A DNA stretch of 64,000 bases from a bacterium (GCA_030649055.1 JAUSGH010000002.1:5357-69356); one strand, 5' to 3'; shown: positions 9,239 to 19,218, counted from the stretch's first letter. The notes: generated by a model from the sequence alone, not told the origin. Numbers and translations: made by a program.

Positions 9239-9357
9239 CCCGTTAGAAGCAGATCGCAATCAGCGCTCTGCAAAATTATTTACTGGTAATATGAATACCG
9301 TACAGTAAAAAGTAGCGACCGCAAACCTCGCGCGATCGCGGCTTCTAACGGGATTCA
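9234..9357. repeat. long inverted repeat (~20-bp arms, ~80-nt spacer) spanning the ychF start codon
   Basis: TCATCCCGTTAGAAGCAGATCGC ... GCGATCGCGGCTTCTAACGGGATTCA. Confidence 0.6.
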
Positions 9358-9467
9358 TCATTCAGTATTATACCGCTAAATCTTTCAAAAGAAAAGGCGT
9401 CTGACGCTTGCGATATTTTCCCCGTCATCCTACAATCATGAAAGCAGTTCCAGCATAAGGAGTCATT

Positions 9468-9776
9468 ATGCGTCGCTGTTTTACGCAATGCGGAAAGCAA
9501 GTCAGTGGTGAGGGTCTCACACTCGAATACCGGTATGGCGGCGACGCAGAGGAGGTTCGCTTTTGCTTCAAGGTAGTCGCTGTTGACCCCAAAACACTTC
9601 CGAAAGACCACGAAGCGCCGGTCGTCGGAACACTACTGCCGTTCTACCCGACATACACGGAAGGTGGAATGGCCCCTACATACCTTGAAACATGGCCGGA
9701 GATGGAACCCGGTTCGCTTCCCCGCCTCAAGATCGACGATCTTTACGGAGACAAGCCGGTGCTCACGTTCATCTAG
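9468..9776 (+). CDS. hypothetical protein
   Basis: 102-aa ORF preceded by AAGGAG 7 nt upstream of the ATG and followed by a rho-independent terminator. Confidence 0.5.
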   Translation: MRRCFTQCGKQVSGEGLTLEYRYGGDAEEVRFCFKVVAVDPKTLPKDHEAPVVGTLLPFYPTYTEGGMAPTYLETWPEMEPGSLPRLKIDDLYGDKPVLTFI

Positions 9777-9825
9777 TCCGCGGCTTCAACGGCAAACCGC
9801 CACTTCTTCCCCGCCCATAAAGGTC

Positions 9826-9863
9826 CCGCGCATCGCACTCCGATGCGCGGGCATTTCCTTTTG
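9826..9863 (+). terminator. rho-independent terminator
   Basis: CCCGCGCATCG-cactc-CGATGCGCGGG followed by CATTTCCTTTTG. Confidence 0.55.
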
Positions 9864-9907
9864 CGACCAATCAGCCATAATAAAATCACTAATTAAAAAA
9901 TTAATAT

Positions 9908-10450
9908 ATGGACAACAATCAACAAACTCCGGTGGGTTCACGAACAAAAACAGTAACATACGTCGTCGGCGCGGTCATTTTGCTTTTGATCATTTCCGGT
10001 TTGATCGGAAACCGCTTCGGGAAAAACGCCGTAGAGAAAGCGCTTGAAGCGCAGACCGGCGGCGATGTTACGGTAAACACCGACGCAAGCGGAGCAACAA
10101 CCGTTGAAACCAGTCAAGGAACATTTTCCACAGGAGGCGTGATGCCGAAAAACTGGCCATCAGACGCGCCAACATATCCCAAGGCAAGCATCACATACTC
10201 AGGGGCGGTAAATGATCCGTCGGGCACATCCGGCATCAGCGTTTCACTCACCACCACGGACTCCGTACAACAAGTCACCGATTATTTCGCTCAAGCATTA
10301 ACATCCGCCGGCTGGGAAATCGTATCAAACACCAAAATCCCTAGCGGCGGCTCCGTGCAAGCAAAAAAAGGCGCCCGGATATTCGCAGTCATCGCAATGC
10401 GGCTGGGAGAAAAAACAAATATTACGCTCGTAAGCGGAAGCACGAAATAA
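9908..10450 (+). CDS. hypothetical membrane-anchored/secreted protein
   Basis: 180 aa with an N-terminal TM/signal anchor (VVGAVILLLIISGLIG) and a Thr/Ser/Gly-rich ectodomain. Confidence 0.5.
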   Translation: MDNNQQTPVGSRTKTVTYVVGAVILLLIISGLIGNRFGKNAVEKALEAQTGGDVTVNTDASGATTVETSQGTFSTGGVMPKNWPSDAPTYPKASITYSGAVNDPSGTSGISVSLTTTDSVQQVTDYFAQALTSAGWEIVSNTKIPSGGSVQAKKGARIFAVIAMRLGEKTNITLVSGSTK

Positions 10451-10487
10451 TCGCCGCTTTTCTTTCTTGCTTCATTGTTTTCTTGAT

Positions 10488-10913
10488 TTATCGCTGCACC
10501 TCCTCTCCCTCCGCGATCATCCGGTCAAGCTCCTCCATCACGTCATCCGGTATCGGAATTGCCTTGCCGGGCTTACTTATCCCCGGATACCTCCACGCGC
10601 TGATGATAGTCATTTTTGGTTTGCATAGCGACACCCGCAGCGCCTCCAGTTTTGCGTCCCCATGCTTTATTGTTTTATTGCTTTGTTGCTTTTTTGCCTC
10701 CTGTACCATCACCCAAATTTCCTCCTTGCGCCTCGGCGTATCATTCCGCTGCATCACCGCCACCGTGTTCGGCGCGACTCCCTCCTCGCGCCGCGTGCCA
10801 TTCTTAATCACGCGCCGAATACGCCCCTCGCCGAGGCCATAGTGGATCATTTTACTTTTCACATGCGACGTCCAATGCGTAGCAGTATCATCTTTTGGAA
10901 ATCGTAGCAACAT
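10488..10913 (-). CDS. hypothetical protein
   Basis: 141-aa ORF with no recognisable motifs. Confidence 0.35.
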   Translation of the reverse strand: MLLRFPKDDTATHWTSHVKSKMIHYGLGEGRIRRVIKNGTRREEGVAPNTVAVMQRNDTPRRKEEIWVMVQEAKKQQSNKTIKHGDAKLEALRVSLCKPKMTIISAWRYPGISKPGKAIPIPDDVMEELDRMIAEGEEVQR

Positions 10914-11112
10914 GTATCAAAAGCATAAGACAAAGACATATAAAAATGAAGAAGCCCGCTTGCGCGGTCTTCCTCACGAGGACTGAGATCTCTCTAGCAG
11001 CACATTGCTGCACTGCGCGATCCTTCCTTACGGTTGAACCTTCTGTTCCTCTATCCTCACCTGTAATGGTGAACCAACGCGCCAAGTTGTCAAACGGGGG
11101 GTGTGGATAAGT

Positions 11113-11508
11113 TTACGGCAGCAAAAACCGCACCGGCACCTCCACCGCCGCATCGTGTTCCAGCAAACCGCTCGGGTTGTCTTTTTGAAACACGACTTTG
11201 CCGGTTGGCGTTCCGGGCGCGCGAAACTCCACGCTACCGGAAAACGGCACAAAATCCTCGGTCATCCACTCATCCTCGGCTTGCGCAATACCAACGCCAA
11301 GCTCCGCCCCGCTCGCGTCAAAAACGCGCACCGGAAAACTCGCTTCAAAAAACCAATACCCCCGCGCCTTGCCGGAAAATGCAAGCGGGCTTGCAATGAC
11401 GTCATCGGCTTTCGGAGTAAAAATCACTATCAGCGGCCGCTCACGCCACAACAGTAAAAAAATAAAGACGATCGCCGCAACCGCAGTGAGAATGAGTAGC
11501 TTTTTCAT
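11113..11508 (-). CDS. secreted Ig-like (GerMN/Gmad2-like) domain protein
   Basis: Signal anchor MKKLLILTAVAAIVFIFLLLW, then a beta-rich domain with a pattern like Gmad2/GerMN immunoglobulin-like domains. The domain family assignment is weak. Confidence 0.45.
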   Translation of the reverse strand: MKKLLILTAVAAIVFIFLLLWRERPLIVIFTPKADDVIASPLAFSGKARGYWFFEASFPVRVFDASGAELGVGIAQAEDEWMTEDFVPFSGSVEFRAPGTPTGKVVFQKDNPSGLLEHDAAVEVPVRFLLP

Positions 11509-11596
11509 GAGATATTTTTATTATATACAAATTTTGAGAGTTTTGTTATGCTATGGGCAGTATCCCGCCTGCATGAATCTGAAGGGAGTATAAGTT

Positions 11597-12199
11597 ATGA
11601 ACGGACTCGAAACCCCTGCGGTGGAATGGAGTGAGCGGCTAGGAACGCCAAACGGCGTACAGATTGCCCAGGTACTCCGACACTTCCACGAACGGCCCAT
11701 GCTTCTTGCGCCACCGGTTGATCATCTCGAGACAACGGCACGACCGTTTCTTGAAGCGATCGGTGTGAGCTGCAGCGACATCGCCGCCCTGACACTTGCG
11801 GACATCAAGAACAACCCGAACATCACGCTGACCAGCAGCTTTGCCGACATCGTCTGGAAGTGGGGCAATCTCCGCGAGCGCGCGGAAGAGTATGACGACG
11901 GCGGCGTTTCGGCGCTAGAAGTCATAAACACCGCGGCGTGCATGCTGGAGGAACGGCTCGCGAGGCCGATCTTCTGGGAAATCAGCCACGGATTGCCGCA
12001 CGGCACTGTACTGTCGCAAAATATCCAGACAGCAATGTTTGAAGGACTCTCCTTCACACTGATACACCTCGTCATCCTGCTCTCCATCGGCGACGGAGAT
12101 AGCGCCGAAACGCTTGGGCCGTGGTGCACGTTCTACCTGAACGGCAACATTCCCCTCGGCGTGAACGAGCATGACACGTTCCTGTTCCTCACGCGGTAG
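11597..12199 (+). CDS. hypothetical protein
   Basis: 200-aa ORF with GGGAG upstream of the ATG and a terminator hairpin at 12226-12262. Confidence 0.5.
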   Translation: MNGLETPAVEWSERLGTPNGVQIAQVLRHFHERPMLLAPPVDHLETTARPFLEAIGVSCSDIAALTLADIKNNPNITLTSSFADIVWKWGNLRERAEEYDDGGVSALEVINTAACMLEERLARPIFWEISHGLPHGTVLSQNIQTAMFEGLSFTLIHLVILLSIGDGDSAETLGPWCTFYLNGNIPLGVNEHDTFLFLTR

Positions 12200-12225
12200 A
12201 ACCCCGCGAGCCGCAAACAGCCGCG

Positions 12226-12262
12226 AAGCCCCCGCCACCTCGGCGCGGGGCTTCTTCTTTTG
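12226..12262 (+). terminator. rho-independent terminator
   Basis: GAAGCCCCCGCC-acctc-GGCGCGGGGCTTC followed by TTCTTTTG. Confidence 0.55.
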
Positions 12263-12303
12263 AGACGCAAACAGGGAATCCATCGCTTATTAAAATTCCC
12301 GCC

Positions 12304-12340
12304 GTTATACCCTCATTCGCGCGAATGGTGGAATGATAAG
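12304..12340. promoter_or_regulatory. palindromic operator-like motif GTTATACCCTCATTCGCGCGAATGGTGGAATGATAA (copy upstream of the membrane-protein gene)
   Basis: The dyad CCCTCATTCGCGCGAATG(A)GGG lies 43 nt upstream of the ORF at 12383. Related copies at 12761-12828, 13121-13178 and 16145-16180. Confidence 0.5.
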
Positions 12341-12382
12341 TTTGACATCCGCGCCGCCATCAGTTATCATATACGACAGTAA

Positions 12383-12688
12383 GTGGCAATCATTCGGTTA
12401 TCACCTGTTGGAGAAAATCCGATGGACACCCTGATAATCCTCGGTTCCATCTTCGGATGGCTCGCCATTGGCTTCGCGCACACCTCGCTCCAGCTTCACG
12501 CAACCCATGCGGCATTCGGCCGCAAGGATCGGTTTGTGGAGACGATCTGCGGACCCATCGCGCAAGTACTGGACAATTACGCGATCCTCTACATTCTCCT
12601 AGGTCCCGCGGGTCTCCTGTTCACGGGAACGTGGATCAGGCTCCGCGCGACGGTATCCGAGCCGATACCTCAGCCGACTAACAAGTAG
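12383..12688 (+). CDS. small membrane protein, hypothetical
   Basis: 101 aa with two to three hydrophobic helices, followed by a terminator at 12709-12754. Confidence 0.45.
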   Translation: MAIIRLSPVGENPMDTLIILGSIFGWLAIGFAHTSLQLHATHAAFGRKDRFVETICGPIAQVLDNYAILYILLGPAGLLFTGTWIRLRATVSEPIPQPTNK

Positions 12689-12708
12689 CCCCATCCGTCC
12701 CTCGACCC

Positions 12709-12754
12709 ACCACCCCGCGGTAGCCCTAGGCTACTCGGGGTGGTCTTAATTTTG
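12709..12754 (+). terminator. rho-independent terminator
   Basis: ACCACCCCG-18 nt loop-CGGGGTGGT followed by CTTAATTTTG. Confidence 0.5.
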
Positions 12755-12760
12755 CCAAAA

Positions 12761-12828
12761 CCGTTATACTCTCATTCGCTCATTCGTGCGCCTGCCCGCC
12801 TCTGGAGGGAATGGTGGAATGATAAACA
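12761..12828. promoter_or_regulatory. second copy (interrupted) of the CTCATTCG..GGAATGGTGGAATGATAA motif
   Basis: CCGTTATACTCTCATTCGC...GGGAATGGTGGAATGATAAACAG. Confidence 0.4.
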
Positions 12829-12845
12829 GAAAAATATTACAACCA

Positions 12846-13139
12846 CTATAGCAACGAGATGATATATTTTGCGGCCGGCTCTTGCTGTGTCGCGAGCCGA
12901 TAAAACACCCGCGAGCTATGCTGTGTCTTTTCTATGATGTTCGCGGCGCTCAATACGCCAAGATGCTTTGACGTCGCCTTGAGTGAAAGATCGATTTCCT
13001 CGGCGATACTGCCAACGAACGCCGATTGGTGTCGCTTGATATACTCCACAATCGCAAGGCGACGTTTGTTTGCTAGCGCCTTGAGTACGCGTTCCAAATT
13101 TTTTATATTTTGCATACGTTTCACTATATACCATTCCAC
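12846..13139 (-). CDS. ArsR/SmtB-family winged-helix transcriptional regulator
   Basis: 97 aa. LKALANKRRLAIVEYIK...SQSAFVGSIAEEIDLSLKATSKHLGVLSAANII matches the ArsR HTH pattern. The ORF-track start is GTG at 13139; an internal ATG (MQNIK) at 13115 is an alternative. Confidence 0.65.
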   Translation of the reverse strand: MEWYIVKRMQNIKNLERVLKALANKRRLAIVEYIKRHQSAFVGSIAEEIDLSLKATSKHLGVLSAANIIEKTQHSSRVFYRLATQQEPAAKYIISLL

Positions 13140-13178
13140 CGCATTCTACCATTCGCGCGAATGAGGGTATACGTAACG
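13121..13178. promoter_or_regulatory. palindromic operator-like motif (reverse orientation) at the arsR-family gene start
   Basis: CCATTCGCGCGAATGAGGGTATACG contains the perfect palindrome CCCTCATTCGCGCGAATGAGGG. It overlaps or is immediately upstream of the regulator start. Confidence 0.5.
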
Positions 13179-13186
13179 CCGCGATA

Positions 13187-14464
13187 TTAATATTTACGCA
13201 ATCTGGAACGTAGTTCGCGATGGTACTTCACCGCAAACCGGTGTGCTTCGTCGCGGACGCGGATGAGCATATCGCGATTACGCGCGACTGCGGTGTGGAG
13301 TTCGTGCGGATAGAAAAAGTCGTTGCGCTTGCGCTCTGGCCCCTTAGCGATGCCGACAACCGGCACGGGCAGTTTCAACTCCGCAATCACCGCGCGCGCG
13401 GCATTCACCTGCGGCAATCCCCCGTCAATCAAAAGCAAATCAGGCATCGGCCACTCATCGTGCGTAAATCGCCGACGCAGCACTTCCGCAAGCATCCCGA
13501 CATCGTTTGAGCCGATAATTGTTTTAATCCGAAACTTGCGATATTCGTTTTTATCTGGCGCGCCATCGGTGAACACCACCATAGAACCGACCGCCGAAGT
13601 GCCGCTGACGTGCGAAATGTCGTAGCCCTCAACACGATGAAAGTCGTTTTCTCGCGTCGCTTTATCACCCAATACCGCAATGTCGTGAATATGCTGCAAC
13701 GCCGCGATGCGCCGACGGATAACGACGGCTTCCTCAAATTTTAATTCTCGCGACAACACCCGCATCTCGCGCGTCAGATCGCGCAAAATCTTTTGCTTTT
13801 TCCCCTCAAAAAACGCGATAAGCTGCCGGATGATTTTTTTATAATCGCGAGATGTGATGACGCCAGCGCACGTCCCGGGACAAAGGCCGATTTGATAATT
13901 AAAACACGGCTTCAGTTTCGGTTGTCCTTCGATAAACTCAGGAACTAATTTTTTTATTTTATTGCCTGAGCTTGTCGAAGGCGTACCTTTGTTTATCTCG
14001 TGACTACTCCACGGAAAAATCCTGCGCAGAATATGCAACGCCTCACGCAGTGACGCGGCGGAAGTAAACGGCCCGAAGCGGCCAAGCGGCCTATCGTGCG
14101 ACAGCGCCTCGCGCTCACGAAGCAACAACACGCGCGGAAATACCTCGCGGGTAATCACGACATAGAGAAAACTCCGGTCGTCCTTTTCCAGCACATTATA
14201 CTGCGGCTGATACTTCTTAATGAGCCGCGCCTCCAAAATCAGCGCCTCAATGACGGTGTCTGTTTGTTCAACATCAACCCTTGCCACTTCGCTAACCATT
14301 TTTGCAATCCGCAACTCCTGTGGCCTCTGGAAGTATGAGAGTACCCTCCTCTTCAAATTCGCCGCCTTCCCGACATACAGAACCCGCCCGTGCGTGTCCT
14401 TCATAAAGTAAACACCGGGAGTTAACGGAAGTTGTTTTTTTAATTTTTTGATGTCAATAGACAT
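13187..14464 (-). CDS. uvrC: excinuclease ABC subunit C (short form, no C-terminal HhH), with in-frame palindromic-element insertion
   Basis: GIY-YIG N-terminus (LPLTPGVYFMKDTHGRVLYVGKAANLKRRV), UVR-like region and RNase H-like endonuclease domain (GYDISHVSGTSAVGSMV). 425 aa. Residues [23 protein letters not shown] are encoded by repeat element 13924-13988. Confidence 0.9.
   Translation of the reverse strand: MSIDIKKLKKQLPLTPGVYFMKDTHGRVLYVGKAANLKRRVLSYFQRPQELRIAKMVSEVARVDVEQTDTVIEALILEARLIKKYQPQYNVLEKDDRSFLYVVITREVFPRVLLLREREALSHDRPLGRFGPFTSAASLREALHILRRIFPWSSHEINKGTPSTSSGNKIKKLVPEFIEGQPKLKPCFNYQIGLCPGTCAGVITSRDYKKIIRQLIAFFEGKKQKILRDLTREMRVLSRELKFEEAVVIRRRIAALQHIHDIAVLGDKATRENDFHRVEGYDISHVSGTSAVGSMVVFTDGAPDKNEYRKFRIKTIIGSNDVGMLAEVLRRRFTHDEWPMPDLLLIDGGLPQVNAARAVIAELKLPVPVVGIAKGPERKRNDFFYPHELHTAVARNRDMLIRVRDEAHRFAVKYHRELRSRLRKY
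13924..13988. repeat. RPE-like palindromic element (full, both arms) inserted in-frame in uvrC
   Basis: TCCTTCGATAAACTCAGGA...TTATTGCCTGAGCTTGTCGAAGGCGTACC. Confidence 0.8.
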
Positions 14465-14651
14465 AACACGGGCAGAATTTCTAATTTCAAATTACTAATT
14501 AATGACAAAATAAGCTACACGCCGGGGGTGGTGGGGAGAGATTTTTTGAGGTGAGGGAGGGTCATTATTATAAAAATTCAAAAGTAAAAATTTAAGAACT
14601 CTGTAAGAGAATACGAGAATTGGGTTGCTAACACGAACTAAATCCAAAGGC

Positions 14652-16127
14652 TCACTGCTGAGTCAATGCGACCCCTGTTACCCCATTAACGATTGCTATA
14701 ATCTCTCTCGTACCCGGCCCTGACGGGTAATAAACGAAGTTAGCGGACGGTTTTCCGTCAACGCTGCTCAAAAGAGTGGGGCAAGAAATATTTGGCCCCT
14801 GCATTTGCGCCCCAGAGTTACTGCTTATTCCGCCGCTACAAAAACGATTCAATTCCGGAAAACGATCGATATAGGCGGACCCGATAAACATCCCACCATC
14901 AGCAGCACTAATCGTAACCTTGTTGGCGGCAACTCTTTGGTCGAATTCAAAATAAAAAACTTCTATACTGCAAACCTTTTTATTGTCCATATCTATTCGA
15001 CAAGGTGATGGATTTACGATAACCGCCGCATAGTTTTTTGTTGATCTCGTCGAAAGAGTTCCGTGTGTTTTTGCAACTTCTATGCCAATAACAGATTCAA
15101 TCTCGTATGAATAGCTAGTATTGTGCTCTAAATTAGATACGTGAACTATATGGCGAGTAGATAATCCCGACTCGGAATCATAAATCTTCGGTGGTAAATT
15201 CCCGCTTGAAAGAAAAACTTTTGAATTAGTCGGTTTATTTGTCATCCATTCAAATAACATCGCATCAAATGTTGAGGTGGCATTTATTAATGTAATTTCG
15301 AGTGGTTTTACCGTGGTTGATGTAGTCACTGGAGTTGGTGTGACTACTTGCGGCGCAAAGGACGGGGTAGTAGATTTTGTTGGAACTATCGGTGCTACGA
15401 CCCTTTTCTTGTTCTCCTCTACTTCTTTTTTAATCAACTCGCTCTTCAGTTCTTCAACCTCCTGTTTTAATTTCTCAACTTCGGTTACTTGTTTTTCCTC
15501 ATCTTTTGCTTTCAGCTCCGCCACTTCCCGCCTCAATTTCTCAACCTCGCCTTTGAGTTCAACGATCTGTTTCGCCGCTTCTTCTTGGCCTTTTTTGCTT
15601 GCTTCAATGGCTTGCTCAATCGCCGCCCTCGCTTCCTCCGGAACCCTAATCAAAACAGCAGATAACACTTCCTGATTTCTTGAGGCACCATCCTCAATCG
15701 CGGCAAACAAACTTTCCGCTTGTCCTTTGTCCTTAACTTCTTTGGACTTTTCTGTCGCCAAGGCAACGTTACCTTCATAGTCCGCGATAGCCGCTTTGAC
15801 CGCGTCCGGATTTTTATCTCCTGCGATGGCTTCTACCTCTGCCAACCGCTCGTCGGCGTACTCTAGTGCCTTTTTAGCTTTCGCTTCGGGATTGAATGAA
15901 AAAAATAGAGCGATCTTTTCAGAAACCGTATCAAAAATATAGAAAAAACTGCCCGGCTTTACACCTGCGGTTGTGGCGGCGAAGGCAGAAACTGGCAGTA
16001 TCAAAGCAATAGACAAAATAAATAAATGTAAGATTGCCACGGGTACGACCGCGGTCGACCCTCGCAATGACGAAATAGAGGATGTTTTCATGAATATAAG
16101 CATATACCGTTTCTTGCTTTTTTGCAA
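14652..16127 (-). CDS. secreted/membrane-anchored coiled-coil protein, hypothetical
   Basis: 491 aa with an N-terminal hydrophobic segment, a long E/K-rich coiled coil (EVEKLRREVAELKAKDEEKQVTEVEKLKQEVEELK) and a Thr/Pro-rich linker. Palindromic motif copy 16145-16180 just upstream. Confidence 0.5.
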   Translation of the reverse strand: MQKSKKRYMLIFMKTSSISSLRGSTAVVPVAILHLFILSIALILPVSAFAATTAGVKPGSFFYIFDTVSEKIALFFSFNPEAKAKKALEYADERLAEVEAIAGDKNPDAVKAAIADYEGNVALATEKSKEVKDKGQAESLFAAIEDGASRNQEVLSAVLIRVPEEARAAIEQAIEASKKGQEEAAKQIVELKGEVEKLRREVAELKAKDEEKQVTEVEKLKQEVEELKSELIKKEVEENKKRVVAPIVPTKSTTPSFAPQVVTPTPVTTSTTVKPLEITLINATSTFDAMLFEWMTNKPTNSKVFLSSGNLPPKIYDSESGLSTRHIVHVSNLEHNTSYSYEIESVIGIEVAKTHGTLSTRSTKNYAAVIVNPSPCRIDMDNKKVCSIEVFYFEFDQRVAANKVTISAADGGMFIGSAYIDRFPELNRFCSGGISSNSGAQMQGPNISCPTLLSSVDGKPSANFVYYPSGPGTREIIAIVNGVTGVALTQQ

Positions 16128-16144
16128 CCGCCAGTCATTAAACT

Positions 16145-16180
16145 CGTTATACCCTCATTCGTGCGAATGAGTCCATGACC
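16145..16180. promoter_or_regulatory. palindromic operator-like motif upstream of the 14652..16127 gene
   Basis: CGTTATACCCTCATTCGTGCGAATGAG. Confidence 0.45.
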
Positions 16181-16451
16181 TAAAATCAAAAGCGCGCGGC
16201 GCTACATTATCATCACTCTCCTCCCCCAAGATGCAGAGCGCATGGAGGCAACCCTTCTTTTGAGCCAGCATGTTGGAGCGAGGGCAGCACTGCGCGAAGC
16301 GGAAAACCGCGACGTCGGAACAATGGCGCTGTATGAATCCCGAAACCGAGCAGTCGCCCGAGGCGACTGCTCGTGAAGGTTGAGTTCGCCTTGTTTCGGT
16401 AACGTGCGCGGTTTGTAGCGAGCAGCAGTGCTCCGAGCGGAAACCGCTGGA
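16180..16451. other. conserved multi-hairpin element, copy 2 of 3
   Basis: Shares CGACGTCGGAACAATGGCGCTGTATGAATCCCG ... GAAGGTTGAGTTCGCCTTGTTTCGGTAAC. The central hairpin is replaced by GAGCAGTCGCC/GGCGACTGCTC and the 5' hairpin by GCGCG/CGGCGC. Confidence 0.6.
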
Positions 16452-16509
16452 GAGAAAGGAGGGTTGCCGACAGAGACAGAGATCCTTCGCTTCACTCAGG
16501 ATGACATAC

Positions 16510-19125
16510 CTAGCGCAGCACTTTCCTCAAATATTCTCCCGTAAAACTCCCCTTTGCCCTCGCAATAGTTTCCGGAGTGCCGACCGCCACCACCTCCCCT
16601 CCCTTCTCTCCTCCCTCCGGCCCCAAATCAATCACCCAATCCGCGGTTTTGATGACGTCCAGGTTGTGCTCAATAACGACAACCGTGTTGCCGCGATCCA
16701 CGAGCCGATGCAGAATCTTCAAAAGATTTTCAATGTCGGCGAAATGCAATCCCGTTGTCGGCTCATCCAACAAGTACAATGTGCGGCCGGTGTCGCGCTT
16801 CGCGAGTTCCGTAGAAAGTTTGATGCGCTGGGCTTCGCCGCCGGAAAGCGTTGTGGCGCTCTGCCCCAACCGTAAGTATCCCAGCCCCACTTCGTTCACA
16901 ATCTTCAACCGGTCATACACCCACGGAATGTCGCGAAAAAACACCACCGCCTCCTCCACCGTCATCTGCAGAATGTCGTAGATATTTTTGCCTTTGTAGT
17001 CCACCTCCAACGTTTCGCGGTCAAAACGTTTTCCTTTACACACATCGCACTGCACAAACACCGTCGGCAAAAAATGCATTTCAATCGCAATCGTGCCGTT
17101 GCCCTCGCAATGTTCACACCGCCCGCCGGGCACGTTGAAACTAAACCTTCCGACTTTCCACCCCCTTATACGGGCCTCCGCCGTTGAAGCAAAAAGATCG
17201 CGGATATAACTCCACGCGCCGATGTAGGTCGCGGGGTTTGACCGCGGCGTGCGGCCGATTGCTCCCTGGTCAATGGAGATGATGTTATTCAAGTATTCCA
17301 AGCCGAGAATGGCATTCAATGGATGTTTGTAGCCCTTCGACTCCCCGCCCGCTGGCGGTTCGCTCAGGGAATAATGATTAAACTTACGCGAAAGCGTTTT
17401 CTCCAGCACGTCATACACGAGTGTGCTTTTGCCCGAACCGGAAACGCCCGTCACCGCCACAAAACGCCGCAATGGGATGTCCACGTTGATATTTTTTAAG
17501 TTATTCGCCGAGGCGCCGCGGATTTTGAGCATGTCCCTATCAATCATTCGGCGCTTTTGCGGCACCGGAATTTTTTTATCGCCGCGGAGATAATCCACGG
17601 TCAATGACTTGCCCTTCGGCGTTCCTTTGCCGAGCACTTCTTTAAGCGGCCCCGCAACCACGATATTGCCGCCGTGTACTCCGGCAGCAGGGCCGATGTC
17701 CACCAAATAATCCGCCGTACGGATAGTGTCCTCGTCGTGTTCAACAACAATGACGGTATTCCCCAGATCGCGCAGTTGCTTTAAGGTCGCGAGCAGCTTA
17801 TCGTTATCGCGCTGATGCAGACCGATGGTCGGCTCGTCCAAAATATAGAGCGTGCCCACCAGCCGCGATCCGATCTGCGAAGCCAGCCGGATGCGCTGCG
17901 ACTCCCCTCCCGAGAGCGTTCCGGCTCTGCGGTCCAACGTCAGATAATCTAACCCCACATCCAACATAAATTTCAGCCGATTTCTGATTTCTTTAAGCGG
18001 CACTTCCGCGATTTCCGCCGCCGCTTTTTTTACCTTATTACCCAACAGATCAAAAAAATCGTACGCATGGCCCACGGAAAGCCCCGTAAGGTCGGCGATG
18101 TTTTTATTGTTGATGAGCACGTTCAGCGCCTCCGGCTTCAGACGTTTGCCTTTGCATTGCGGACAAATCTCTTCGGACCACACATCCACTACCCCCAAAC
18201 CGTGGCACGCCTCGCAGGCGCCATATGGGCTGTTAAATGAAAAGAGCCGCGGCTCAATTTCCGGAAACGCGAAATTGTCCTTCGGGCATGAAAACTTTGA
18301 GGAGAGCGTGAATTCTTTTTCTCCGATGATAAACGTCGCGACATCGTTGCCGTACTTCAAAGCGCTTTCCACCGCTTCCGCAAGCCGCGCGCGCACGTCT
18401 TTGACGCCGAAGTTTAATCCGGCGGGCATGTGGTCAACAATAAGCTCAATCGTGTGCTGTTTATACCGCGAAAGTTCAATGCGGCTGTGGAGCGACAATA
18501 TTTTCCCGTCAACGCGCACCTCCCCGAAACCGCCGTTCAAAAAGTCATAGAGCAGTTGATAATATTCCCCCTTGCGTCCAATGACCGCCGGAGCGAGCAC
18601 TATAATCTCTTGCTTGGCAGCGGTAGCCCCTCGACTGTGCTCGGGGACTATTTTATCGTTACTCCCTGAGCTTGTCGAAGGGTTACCTTTACTCGCAACT
18701 TCGATGACGGTATCAACAATTTCCTCCGGCGTCATTTTGCGGATTTCGTCTCCGCACGTCGGACAATACGGCTTGCCGATACGGGCAAACAGCACGCGGA
18801 GGTAGTCATAGATTTCCGTGAGCGTCGCGACGGTTGAGCGCGGATTGCCGGAATGGCTTTTCTGGTCAATAGAAATGGCAGGAGAGAGTCCCTCAATTTC
18901 ATCAACGTCCGGCTTATCCATTTTTCCCAAAAACTGCCGCGCGTACGCGGAAAGCGACTCTATGTAGCGCCGCTGACCCTCGGCAAAAATAGTGTCAAAA
19001 GCAAGCGATGACTTCCCCGAACCGGAAAGTCCCGTGAAGACGATTAAACTGTTACGCGGCAGCTCAAGAGAAATATTCTTGAGATTATGCTCGCGGGCGC
19101 CTTTGATAATGATTTTGTCGTTCAT
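16510..19125 (-). CDS. uvrA: excinuclease ABC subunit A with in-frame palindromic-element insertion
   Basis: 871 aa with two ABC ATPase modules ([15 protein letters not shown] and [11 protein letters not shown]), LSGGEAQR signatures and zinc-finger Cys clusters. Residues [23 protein letters not shown] are encoded by element 18625-18688. Confidence 0.95.
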   Translation of the reverse strand: MNDKIIIKGAREHNLKNISLELPRNSLIVFTGLSGSGKSSLAFDTIFAEGQRRYIESLSAYARQFLGKMDKPDVDEIEGLSPAISIDQKSHSGNPRSTVATLTEIYDYLRVLFARIGKPYCPTCGDEIRKMTPEEIVDTVIEVASKGNPSTSSGSNDKIVPEHSRGATAAKQEIIVLAPAVIGRKGEYYQLLYDFLNGGFGEVRVDGKILSLHSRIELSRYKQHTIELIVDHMPAGLNFGVKDVRARLAEAVESALKYGNDVATFIIGEKEFTLSSKFSCPKDNFAFPEIEPRLFSFNSPYGACEACHGLGVVDVWSEEICPQCKGKRLKPEALNVLINNKNIADLTGLSVGHAYDFFDLLGNKVKKAAAEIAEVPLKEIRNRLKFMLDVGLDYLTLDRRAGTLSGGESQRIRLASQIGSRLVGTLYILDEPTIGLHQRDNDKLLATLKQLRDLGNTVIVVEHDEDTIRTADYLVDIGPAAGVHGGNIVVAGPLKEVLGKGTPKGKSLTVDYLRGDKKIPVPQKRRMIDRDMLKIRGASANNLKNINVDIPLRRFVAVTGVSGSGKSTLVYDVLEKTLSRKFNHYSLSEPPAGGESKGYKHPLNAILGLEYLNNIISIDQGAIGRTPRSNPATYIGAWSYIRDLFASTAEARIRGWKVGRFSFNVPGGRCEHCEGNGTIAIEMHFLPTVFVQCDVCKGKRFDRETLEVDYKGKNIYDILQMTVEEAVVFFRDIPWVYDRLKIVNEVGLGYLRLGQSATTLSGGEAQRIKLSTELAKRDTGRTLYLLDEPTTGLHFADIENLLKILHRLVDRGNTVVVIEHNLDVIKTADWVIDLGPEGGEKGGEVVAVGTPETIARAKGSFTGEYLRKVLR
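18625..18688. repeat. RPE-like palindromic element (full) inserted in-frame in uvrA
   Basis: CCCCTCGACTGTGCTCGGGGA...TTACTCCCTGAGCTTGTCGAAGGGTTACC. Confidence 0.8.
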
Positions 19126-19137
19126 GGGTTATTGTAA

Positions 19138-19216
19138 CGCTTCGACTTCGGTCCGACGGACATCGGACCTTCGCTCAGCGAATAAAACTTTATTGCCTGA
19201 GTTTATCGAAGGCTTA
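19138..19216. repeat. RPE-like palindromic element, intergenic uvrA-uvrB
   Basis: CTTCGACTTCG...GCTCAGCGAATAAAACTTTATTGCCTGAGTTTATCGAAGGCTTACC. Confidence 0.7.
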
Positions 19217-19218
19217 CC

